64,000 bases of DNA from Leptogorgia sarmentosa (Eukaryota), in the NCBI GenBank assembly GCA_964658305.1, contig OZ210884.1, positions 4,526,001 through 4,590,000 on the forward strand, given 5' to 3'. Of the stretch, positions 1 to 12,000 are shown one piece after another. Position 1 is the stretch's first letter; each line of letters begins with the position of its first letter. The notes beneath the pieces were generated by a model. That model was given only the letters and a program-made list of their open reading frames with translations, was not told the DNA's origin and did not search any database. The translations under genes were made by a program, and so were the position numbers.

Positions 1-98
1 CTAAATACCATGGCGAGAAACGCAAACGATGGATACAAGCTTGTCACCGAGGCGATGGGTTTCATTGTATGCACTAAATACAGCTACATATGTAGTCT

Positions 99-483
99 TC
101 ATTTTGTCGGAGAGAATGGTCCTACATTTGACTATCCAGATCCTATATCGGCGGTAAAAAGTGCGGAACAGGTAAGTTTTCATAGACAGCTGTAGTATGT
201 AAATATACTGCGAATATTATATAAATATATTCCGTTTACACGGGATATTTCAAAAATGTAACTTGAAACCTTTGTTGTTCGCTTTGACATAGCGTTGTCC
301 GCTTTGACAAAGGTTTCAAGTTACATTTTTGAAATATCCCGTGTAAACGGAATATATTTATATAATATTCGCAGTATATTTACATACTACAGCTGTCTAT
401 GAAAACTTATCTGTTCCGCACTTTTTACCGCCGATATAGGATCTGGATAGTCAGATGTAGGACCATTCTCTCCGACAAAATGA
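99..483. repeat. Near-perfect inverted repeat (hairpin), 177-bp arms and 31-bp spacer; probably a MITE or foldback relic
   Basis: 99-275 (TCATTTTGTCGGAGAGAATGG...GAAACCTTTGT) is the reverse complement of 307-483 with only a few mismatches. Confidence 0.9.
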
Positions 484-689
484 CAAAATGACCCCCCGCG
501 GCGCTTGATGACAAAGTGTGATTGAGAGACTGAAGTATTTTAGTATTGTTAGATATGAGTTGTTGTAATTCAATCAATTCTAGCCCAGAAATGTACGTTA
601 CAAAGGAGTGTGTTGATATTTCGACAATTTTAGAATCATGCATTATTTATGCTCAATTTCCTCTACTCATTCAATGATCCAGTTTTTAC

Positions 690-815
690 CCCTATTCCGT
701 GTTTTATCCCCATTCCGCGTTTTATCCCCATTCCGCGTTTTATCCCCATTCCGCTTTTTATCCCCATTCCGCTTCCGCCATTCCGTTCCGCCATTCCGCT
801 TCCGCCATTCCCGTT
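690..815. repeat. Short tandem repeat (18-bp ATTCCGCGTTTTATCCCC decaying into CCATTCCG units)
   Basis: Units are directly visible. They explain the low-complexity ORFs at 638-936. Confidence 0.85.
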
Positions 816-1472
816 CGCCTTTATTCCAAATTCAGATTGTCTGCGTTTCTTTTGGACTCCTGGAAAATTAATTACTATACGTCATTCAAGATATTACTAT
901 CATGGAAGCTTTAACTTGCGCATAGTGACACAGTAATTGTATCCAAGCTTATGCACACTACGCGGAACGTCAAAATAGAAAAAAAATGGCTGAAATAAGT
1001 GAAATTCATAATATACGGCTAGATTTCAGCAGAGCAAACCTATCGTGCAGGAGAGCTCCTTATTTCTATGCCTTCTACTTGCCAATAATAACCATTGTTC
1101 GGTTACTTTGTTAACATCAAGACAATGTGTCTATAATATATGTTTGTACGCTGTTGGACATCTATTCATTTTCTCTGCAGTGTTAGAATGCTAATTAAAG
1201 TTGAAATTTGAGAATATGCATGTTGCTAAATACTTATTCAGTGTGTAGTGGGTTTTGCACATTGTAGGATTCATTTAGTTATATAACTGTAGATGGTGCT
1301 CGAGAAGATTTGCAAGGATCTGTACGGTGTTTATCGTTCGTTTTGCATTCAATTTTTATTTCGTTTGCTTTCCTGCATGAGCTAGTATACATGTAGCAAT
1401 TCATTACAGACCGGAAAATCGTTATCCATGGAGGAACTTTGAAACGCATTTAATTGATTAGTAGAATGAAAC

Positions 1473-2690
1473 GGCGACTACTAAAACGAGATACAGCGAT
1501 ACAGCGATACAACGGAGCCGGAGCCGGAGCTGGAGCCCGGAGCTGGAGCCGGAGCCATTCATAATAATTATTTTAAACATTTAGCCGTTCAGGGGGGGTG
1601 GCGAACCAATATTATTCTCCCTAATATTTTTGAAAACGTTTTAAATGCGTAGGCATATTCAGCAAAGTTAAACAAAACAAAGCCGAACAATGATTCGTGA
1701 ACGTTGCGAACACGGTTCCTCGATACATGTACAGCGCGTCGCGCAAGTTCAGTATTGTTTGTCATTCTATACAGAGGCGCGCAAGGCAATTCATACATAT
1801 TGTATAAATGGTTGCGTATATAGTTACTTATAAGTTCATAACCCACAACCTCTCGCAAAGAAATACAAGTAAATCGTTTATTTATTGAGTGTGTGTGCTT
1901 GAAGGTGATGTGGTCATTCTATGACAATACGAGAACCTTGAGAAAGAGCCCAGAAAACGTATATTTCCGAGTATATTTCCATGTAAATTCTGGGTGTCTG
2001 TCTGAAAAGACACCAAGCATATTTTGTACCTTCCTTGGTCCAAATACCTCCACAAACAAGTCAGGAAACCGTGAAAGCGAGGCGTTGTTTACTACAAGGC
2101 TTGTAGAAATTCCACTCGTGGTTTTCAGCCATTCATTTATCACACTTTTACTACACAAACTGCACGCATTACTGTAAAAATATCACTAATAGTATAATAA
2201 TATATTAAGTTCTAATAATATGAACCTTAAAATGATACACTTTGCCTTTGTCTTTTTGTCGCGCTTTGCAAGAGGTTGTGGGTTTTAAACTTATAAGAAA
2301 CTATATACGCAACCATTTATACAATATGTATGAATTGCCTTCAGTGCGCGCTTCTGTATTGAATGACAAACAATACTGAACTTGTGCGACGCGCTGTATC
2401 GAAGAACCGCGTTTGCAACGTTCACGAATCATTGTTCGGCTTTGTTTTGTATAACTTTGCTGAATATGCCCAGAGTTTTATTTCACGCATTTAAAACGTT
2501 TTCAAAAATATTAGGGAGAATAATATTGGTTCGCCCCCCCCCCCCCCCCCCCCCCTGAACGGCTGAATGTTTAAAATAATAATTATGAATGGCTCCGGCT
2601 CCAGCTCCGGGCTCCAGCTCCGGCTCCGGCTCCGTTGTATCGCTGTATCGCTGTATCGCTGTATCGCTGTATCTCGTTTTAGTAGTCGCC
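1473..2690. mobile_element. Non-autonomous DNA transposon with ~390-bp TIRs and a 9-bp TSD (Mutator- or Merlin-type signature)
   Basis: Termini are GGCGACTACTAAAACGAGA...TCTCGTTTTAGTAGTCGCC, flanked by identical GAATGAAAC at 1464-1472 and 2691-2699. Arms ~1473-1860 and ~2264-2690 are inverted copies. No transposase ORF. The superfamily is inferred. Confidence 0.9.
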
Positions 2691-2980
2691 GAATGAAACG
2701 GCTCAGTGGGTGAAACATCTGTTTTCTGAGCAATGCAATATTATTATAATTGTACATATGGTAACTATTCTTTAGCGAGAAGTTGATGAAAGATGACGCA
2801 CTTTGAGGTCTGTACGAAATTCTAATCCCAATTAGCTTACAATCCTTCACAGTTGCAAGCAAAGTTAGATATATGAAAAGACGAAGGTCAGGATCTGAAA
2901 GGTAATCTGAAGCGCCCTTCTGTGTGTCGTATCAAAAATATCCGTTTCAGCGTTCTCAAGTTATTTCCTGTCCGACTGAC

Positions 2981-2988
2981 TATATAAA
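2981..2988 (+). promoter_or_regulatory. Candidate TATA box of the convertase gene
   Basis: TATATAAA lies ~90 bp upstream of the signal-peptide ATG at 3073. Motif and position only. Confidence 0.35.
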
Positions 2989-3072
2989 TAAAAGCGAGAA
3001 AGCCACTTACTGGCGGTAACAATTGAATGCCAAACCCGGTCATATAAATTTCAGACTGAAATAGGGTTTACA

Positions 3073-6000
3073 ATGTTTTGTATTTATAACCTTATGTGGC
3101 TAACGTTGGCTGTCGCAATTCCTTCGTGGGGGGAAAATAAAATGGCAAGTGTTTTCTTATATCATTATCATGACATAAGAGGATATAGGCAAGATTGAAA
3201 ATGTAGGGCCCATATATTATTCATTCTGTTAGAAGTCTTGAACTACGTATACATGTAAAGACCTCATAAAAGATAAGGTTTATTTCCCAAAATTCAGCGT
3301 GGCGAACGAGAAGAAACAGAATTCGAAAGTAAACTACTATTTTTTGTGTCTGCAGGTTCAAGGGCCCGAAATTGGGTTTCTTAATGTAGACAAGGTTTGG
3401 GCGAAGGGATATACGGGAAAAGGCATCGTTGTTGCAGTTGTAGATCACGGAGTCAGTAAAAATCACGAAGATTTGAAGCAAAATTACGTAAGTTAGCTAT
3501 AATTATGATACCTGAGCAATACGAATATTTCTCAGTTCAAGCAAACGAGATTGCATACGCTTGATACGTTGTGAACGCATGTAATACTTATATAGCGGGT
3601 TGCTTTTCCTTCATTTCAATACCGTAGTGGGTTTAATTTAAAAAAATTATCACGAGTACTTTCAGGGAGAGCGGCTCAAGGGAAGAGTTGTTTATTGTTG
3701 ACCAGAGCAATTCAAAAACGTTATCCAGAGCAAATTTCAAAAGCGCTAGCACACGTTTGCAGTATAGCCGCATTATTCTGATGAACATGAAATCAATCTT
3801 ACGCTCATTTGACTTTTTTTGAAAGCAAATATTGATTTTTGAACGCATGTAATACTTATATAGCGGTTGCTAAAGAAAGTAAAATTCGAAACACTTTACA
3901 CTTGCTGGCAAATATTACAATTTCAAGCCTCACTCGGAACACTACCCTACACTACAGTATTGAGTGACAATCGTACCACAAAATCACAAAGAAGAAATGC
4001 ATTGATACATTGATACTTCGACAAGCAGTAACCTCTCGGCCTTACTATAGCCAATTAAACGGAACATGGAGTATCGAATGATTGTTGCTTTTTTCTTGAA
4101 AATAAATTTCAAAAGAACGGACTATGATCTAATTGTTTATCGAAAAACTTTATGCACAATATTCTAATACGCTTGCGTTAGGTTTTAAATACACTAAGCG
4201 TTGTATTATAAAACTCAACATCATTAAGCGCTTATTTTACCAACATATAATATTTCATTTAGCAGTAGCCATAAACACAGATAAGCTAAAGCAATTACGT
4301 ATCGTATCGTATGAAAAATGAGCAACTAAAGGATTATTCATCATGTATTAATAATGGAACGCCTGTTTAAATTAATAGAACGCAAGTTTGAGCTACGATT
4401 TTGTGAATGATAAATCTGAACCAAAACCAAGCATTATGTCATCGTAAGTATAAAATTTCAATTTCACACTAAGATGTAATGATGTGTGGGCAATCGGGGT
4501 AACTAGGTGATCAATGGGCCCCTGCAGGAGTCTTTTCTCCAACTTTATACCCCTTAATATAATAGGTAGGGAAAAATTTAAAATAGATACTAGGTAGGTA
4601 AGCGTGTTCTTTTTTGGTATTGCAACTTTGAGTGAGAACCAGCCAAGGGTTATTGATCACGACTATATATAATAGTGTGTTTTTTCGCAATTACAATCAG
4701 AGCTGAGATTATGTTCCTGGTAAGAATTGATCTGCACTGTCTACAATAGTCAGTTTCTCCGATCGCGGGTGATTATCAGAGGGCTGAGTTATCGTTCCTG
4801 AGCAGAACTTCCTTGCAAGTCATCTGAATACCATTCAATAGCCAGTGTAACCCCATAACTATGCAAGTTTGAAATCATTATCGGTATTATTTCTCTTAAT
4901 CAAGATCATTGATACATTAATATATGTTATAAGAAATGCTATTACTATTCAGTTTATTATTTACTCAAATTTTGATTGGCTAATTTACCTGCAAATAGCT
5001 GCCTGCAAATATCGCTTCAACTGCAAATAATTGGTGCAAACAGTTTACTGAGCATGCGCATTTAGTTCAAAACTCCCTCAGCTGCAAATAATGGTTTGAT
5101 CATGCCCAGTTGACTTCATTTGCTTGCGTCCGATTAGTGGATTAGACAAACATGGCTCGTTTCGCAGAATATTTTACGAATAAGTTGTCCTCTCTTCCGC
5201 ACGAAAAAGATGCCGAAAAACACCAAGAAAGCAACCAAAGCTGTTTTAACTTTTTTTCAACGGTATTAATGAAAATGCAATTATTGTTGTTACAATAGTG
5301 TGATATCAAATGTGATACAGTATCACATTTTTAGACATGGCACAAAGTGTGCAGGAATTATCGCTGCAAAAAAAGACGGAACGTGTAGACAAGGGATAGC
5401 CTACAAGGCGCAAATAGCTGGCAAGTATAAATTCCAGCATAGTATACTAGTTCTTGTTTCTTTGCTCTGACTGCTTTCAGGTTTGAAAATTCCTTTATTG
5501 TTCATCATTTGATATGTCTTTTGATCTTATTCCTTACAGATTTGTTGGTTATTAATGGTACATCTGCTCACGACGCACCTACCGCAAAAGGTTTGAGATA
5601 CAAGAAAAATAAACTTATTCATATTTACTCCAACAGTTGGGGACCGAAGGATAATGGGTTCTCGGTGCATGGACCTGGTCCACTTGTAAAATCGGCTTTG
5701 AAAAAAGGCGTTAAAAGGGTGAGATTTCCACTATTTGCACAATATTTTTTTTAATAGAGGGAACTTAATTCCCTCCCTCTTCTCCCCTCCCTCAATGTTC
5801 GGCCTGAGGTTTCTAAATATGTTCACGCAGTATATTATATTATTCACAAATGCTGAAAACATTCTATTTAGGGGAGATTTCATCGAGGATCAATTTTTGT
5901 TTACTCCTCTGGCAATGGCGGTAGGGTTAAAGACAGCTGTGCATTTGATGGTTACGTTAACAGCATTTATACAATTGCTATTGGGGCAGTAACAAAATCT

Positions 6001-9000
6001 GGGATGGCACCTAATTATGCTGAATCGTGCAGTTCAGTAATAGCAGTTACTTATGGAGATAACGTGGTATGAATGTCTTATGAAGAATTTTCATTTTTTC
6101 AAATTTTTTTTCACCATGCGGTAATACTTTGCTTTGAACTTTGTGAATCAAACATAGCAAGTGTCGTTTAATAGCTATATGATAGATGTATTTCGGTTAG
6201 ATTTTATTATGCAAGCTCATGGATTCATTTCATGTAATATATCGGTCTAATGATTTTTTCGAAGCTGCTTGTTTGGCTGATTTTCAAAAACCGTGCGAAT
6301 TGAACAGTATTAATTCCTTTTTTAATTTCGTGTAATTACTTTCACCCAGTCCACAATAAATTGACAAAAACGCAAGAATCTTCGTTTAAGTATCCTTCTT
6401 CTTTAATTTAATGACAACTTCAAACAACAATGCAAATTTAGTGTGTAACACAATTAATAGAAATTTCACTTGTTCACTAATAGTAACGAGAATTCGAATT
6501 GTGTTTGGCGAAATACTCAGACGTTTCCAAAACACGGGTGCATTCGTCCATTCATACGTCCCGAACCGAATTATTTGCTGTACTAAGAACTTTTTTTCAT
6601 CGCAGAATACTTGCGATAGAACAGGTTGCGTCCGTAACTTCGGAAGGACTTCTGCTGCAGCTGCAATGGCTTCTGGGATTATAGCACTATTATTGGAAGC
6701 AAAGTATGTATACATAAAGATATGTATGTATATATAGCTAAAGTGGTCCTATACAAAATATTGCCATATTTTGTCATATCATATTGAAAATAAAAAAGTG
6801 GGTTATAGTTGTACATGTCCAGAAATCGTAACCACAGGCCCGCTGTTGACGGTCAGCAGTGATTCCAGTTGCACGGCAAAATTATTTCGTTTAAATTTGG
6901 AAATTAAATTGACATATTTTATCAAATTAATACGGTTTATATTAGCCGGTCTCGCGTTTCTGCCATTTTCTGGCATACAAACTTCATGTTATAGAAGTAA
7001 ACACCTTTTTTAAAGTTTTCCAACAAAATTTTGGATTCCCACTTAGATTATAAGTTTCTTATTCATGTATGAGGTTCACAATTTGTTCAAACTGTACTAA
7101 AAGTCTCTATATTTGAAGAATAAATGTTGCCTTGTGTATGTTTTCCTATTATTTTTATTACATATCGCGCGCACTGAAGTAGCGTGGGGCGAGTATAATT
7201 AATTCGCGTGGTGACGATTTCTGGCGATGATTAATAGTGTTCTTAATATATTGTTGCCTGCCCTTTCAAACACATACAGCAAAATCGTGATTCTTATTCT
7301 AGGCAAAAAATTGCTTGAAAGAAGCAAAATTATACTTGTCAGTATATATGTTATATACAGGCCAGGCGGTCCAGATGGGGGAAAACAGGACCGAGGTCAT
7401 GAAATGAAATTTACCGAGTTTTTTTTTTTTTTCTTGCATTGTGCGGTGCTCAGTAATCAAATTCGTAGGAAATTCCAGAGTTGCGAACTAGATTTGTACT
7501 TTATTTCAAGTCATGGCTGCCAAATAGAGAAAACGGAAAAACAACAATGACAAATAAAATGCTTTTAGTTCGGAAGCAATTGATTCTTTTCCACTCAAAA
7601 GATATTGAAAGAGGTAAACTTAATAAAATTAGTCATTTTTCCTTCCGTTTCACAATAATTTCACAATGATTCAACTGACATGCTTTTTGACATCAAAATA
7701 TTTCGCCGACTGAAATATTTCCGTAATTCGTTGTTTATGTCAATGAAACATTCGTTTTCGTCTAGAAAACGTTTCTTCCGTTTTTAAAAAAAAATTGTTA
7801 TTGTTGCTAAAAACGTTATCGGTCTGGTTGAGCGGTCCAGCGTATCGTGAAAAACCGGAGTGCAAACGAAGCAATCTGATTGGCTGAAAGGCGTTGATAT
7901 AGGACCAAAAAATATCAAAGACACCACAACAATTATAACCAATTAATATGGACAATTATTGTAACATCGATCTGTAAAGTTAATGGGCAGAAGGCTGCAG
8001 GCAACAAGCTAGTTTTAGCGATTAGTGTTACATTTTAAGTAAATAGCAAGTTTTCCTTGGATCTTCTTCGCTTAATTGAGCATTCTCTGGGGGCTATTTG
8101 ATAGTAACCGTAGTAGGTCGTTTTTTATTGCCTGATAATAATGACAGAAGACATTAGCGGAGATGGTAAAGAGTTCCAGGTTCTAGTTATACGAACCAAG
8201 ATTATTAAATTTGAAGCTTGCAAAAAATAGGCGTGTCACTGACAACGATTTGAGAAAAGTATTATTCTCCTCGGTCTGAAAAACTTCATTCACCCTCAAA
8301 CCTTCTTTCGTTGTCACAAACGTCTGTTCGCATCAGTCTCAAAAACGTCCTTGGTCTTTGGTATCGAGCCGTTTTTGAAACAGGTGGAAATATTTCACTT
8401 TAGTATAATTACATAGGTGATTAATTGTTGAAAATTCTCCACGTGATTGCATGGTTGCCATTGAGGTGATTATTACGCGATAATCATGCACCTTTAGGTG
8501 GTTATGGCCGCCGAAACCTTTTTGACGAAGAAATGTGCATTTTCTTATTTAATTTTTCCCCAAATACTCACCGATAATCACAACGAATAATTGTTAAATA
8601 GTACGGATGTGTTATCCAGTGAATAACAATTGTTGAATTTGATTTTCATTTTACAAGCAATCAACTAACATGGCGAGATGTGCAGCACTTAATTGTTAGA
8701 ACAAGCAAACCAAATCGACAAGTAAATAATGGGAAAAATTGGATCGTTAATGGTGCAGGTTTAATGGGTGCGTATGCAAAACTTATCGTGCAGTTCATTT
8801 TAATTTAATATTTTCCTAATATTGAAGGTATTTAACATAAAAAAACAAATTCCACTAAATTATAAGCAAAGAAGACAAAACATTGCCATACTACGATGTT
8901 CTATACATTTGACATGCTCCTTGCTTTGTTAAGAGTAAGAAATATTGCAGGGGTATGAATTAAAATACCAGATCAATCTTGTATTTATTAGGAATGATAT

Positions 9001-12000
9001 GTCTAAATGGATAGCTGTATTTTAAAGATTAAAATATTCTATTCTGCAATGCATGCCCTACATTGAACGGAATAATTACCTCTCTAGTTCACCCCGCCTT
9101 GGGATTTGGAATAATGGACGCAAACAAACTGGTTGAAGCAGCAACTAATAATTGGCAGCGTGTTCCAAAACAACAAATATGTAGTATTGAGTTTATCAAA
9201 CAACGGTAAGCTTTATTATTTTGTGAGCTGACACTTTTTTGATACATAGTCGTATTCTGTTAAAATGGACAAACAGATAACGAATGTTCTGGTGCTTTAG
9301 TGTATTGGCATGACGATGAGACATCTTCGACGCGAGATCGTAAATCAAATATAGATGCGCAGAGTATGAAATTTTGTGTCAGTAAAAAACATTCATAGAA
9401 GAAATGAAAAAAAAATAATAGTAATTGAAAAGGAACAAAATGAATGCTTTGCGCACAGAGTGCTAGACTTAGAAATATTGCAATCAATGATTAAATTACG
9501 GCCATGCATCTATTTTTATATCTATATAAAATGCAATGATTCAAACTTAGTATACGTAACACCGAGTAAAATTAAGGTTTAATTTCGCGCGTGTTTTCAA
9601 AAGTTTCAGAAATTGCCCGAATCGTGAAGCGATGAGGGTTCATTTTGAAAGTTTGAAATACCTGTGAATCATATTGAAAATAAGATTTATTCAAACATAA
9701 ACCGCTAGAAATCGAATGAATGTCAACTTCAGGTTTTGCATTCGACACTTCGAGCCGCACTATTATATTATTTAATTATGTCGCTTAAAGACGTTAGGAA
9801 TTGAAATGAACGATATACAAATCATATAAACGAATAATATTAACCAAATTGCTTGAAACTAATTCAATTTGTCGATTTCACACACTACAAATACTGCAAG
9901 GAAGCCATTAAATGTATGACGTGAAATGAACTTAACATTCCGGAATTTAGCCAATCAGGGTCAAGTAATTTTGCCCCTGAATTAAAATAAAATGCCCTCC
10001 TCATTTTTAGTCATTATGATTATACTATAACTATATATTATAATAAAGAGTCTTAAATTTATAAGTTCTAGTTAAAAATACGTTCCGATAGCGTAAATAT
10101 GCAGGTGCTAAAATTATTTTATGCTCATGCAGTGTTGGTCTTAATAGACGAAAAGCTAACCGGCCGTTACGTAAGTTATACTGCATGGGCATACTGATGC
10201 TAACCACATAAAATTGTTTAGGCTCTGCAGAGAAGTAGTATTGCACATGAATAAAAAATATTTCCCGTCAAAGCATTTTATTGATACACAAAACTAATCA
10301 GGTGATTTATGTCTTTAGAAACACATTCAACAGGGAGCGCAATTACGTCATGATTTACCCAAGGGACACACCGAACTGTTTAAAAATAAAGTATATTGAG
10401 CACGTTCAGGTGGAGTTTTCTTTAAGCTTCGATCCTCGAGGACTGTTAGAGATGTTTTTACAGTCACCGCATGGCACAATATCGCAATTACTTTACTCAC
10501 GCCTAAAGGATGCTTTAACAAGACGAAAGACATTTAACAACTTGGTTGTCACAAGCCTCCACTTCTGGGGGGAAAACGTAACAGCAATGACTGGAAAATG
10601 GAAGCTTTTCTTCAAATCTGGTCTTTTTAGGTATCGAAATATACAAGGTAAAGTAACGAGTTAACAGAATTTAGTAGAATGCACACTTGAAATTCCCACT
10701 GTTTGAAATCTTTTGCAGCGTAGATCTTGTCTTTGTTTTCGCCTTTTCAAAACCATTTAAAGCTTCCGGTCTTCATGGCAGTTCGTCTTATTTTTGAGAT
10801 CAATGATGCTGACCCTTAGACGGTAACCCAAAGTCGCGGATAAATTAACAAACCTCAGACTCGGCTACGCTGTCGTTTACCCGGCGTAAATAGCCTTACG
10901 GAATTACTACCCTCGCTCGCACCTTCGCCACAGGTGTCTGCATGTGCCTTCACTCAGGAATAAAACGGGTCTTGTACATGTTTTCCTAAATAAATGCATG
11001 ATTATTACGCGCGCGCTCTTAGAGAAACTAGTGCGGGTATTTTTCGGCATATCACCAATTGAGAAAATTCTTAAAATAATTATAGTGAAATTAAATCGTT
11101 ACGTCCACTCTTCAATGGAGCTAAAATCAAACATAATTGTTCAACTTACAATTTCTTTTTATACGCTATAATATTTTTTTTTTTTCATAATCACAATTTC
11201 GACACTTCCCACAATTTTTATTTCTGTTATCCAGGAACACTTTCAAAATTCAAGATCACATTCTATGGGACTGGACGGGATCCAGTCACGGGTGGTGGGC
11301 TGGCGAAAGGTAATTAAATTCATGCATGTATGACAATATTGTTATACACACAATCATTTAAAAGCTTGCATTGGTGATTTAACACAAGCTTTAACACCAC
11401 CTGCGACAACAAGCTAGAATAAAAGGAGGAAACACACCAGAATTTCTATAGTGCATGACTGTTAAATCTAAAAATCAGTTATAATGTAATTTGGAAAAAT
11501 TGTGCATACGGTTAGAAATTTTCTGTTCCTTCACCCCTACAAATTATCACCTCAATGGAAAGACAGTTAGACTTAGAAATAAAGTTGCTATCAACATCAT
11601 CATTAAACCTATCTATACAGTATGCTGTATAACATTACAGATAAATACGATAGAATCTCGTAAAAATCAAACACAACATACGCAAACACAGTTGGGAAAA
11701 ATCATACCACTGGTGTTGTTGGGTGGGACCCACATTTATAATAGGAGGAACGTCCATGAAACAATTATATAAATTGTGAAATTTTGTGTATGTACTCAAT
11801 AAAACTTTAATTTGAAAAATGAAGTCAAGAACGAAAAAACTGACGTGTAATATTTTGCATGCAAATTTTCCATTAGCAAAAATTCGCAATTCAATTCATT
11901 GCTCAACCGTGACTTTTCTCGATTATTTATTTGCATCCCGATTTGCTTGTAAGGGGGTGTTTATATGGAGGCGAGCCAGCCCGGGTACCCGAGCCAGCCC

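Noticed and set aside
10..195. ORF ending SAVKSAEQ|GTAAGT as a possible convertase prodomain exon
   Set aside because: It lies within one arm of a near-perfect palindrome, and no following RxKR exon was found. It cannot be fully excluded without cDNA.
649..936. ORF containing FNDPVF, like the start of a mature convertase
   Set aside because: It runs immediately into an 18-bp tandem repeat (IPIPRF), with no QW.L motif and no suitable splice sites.
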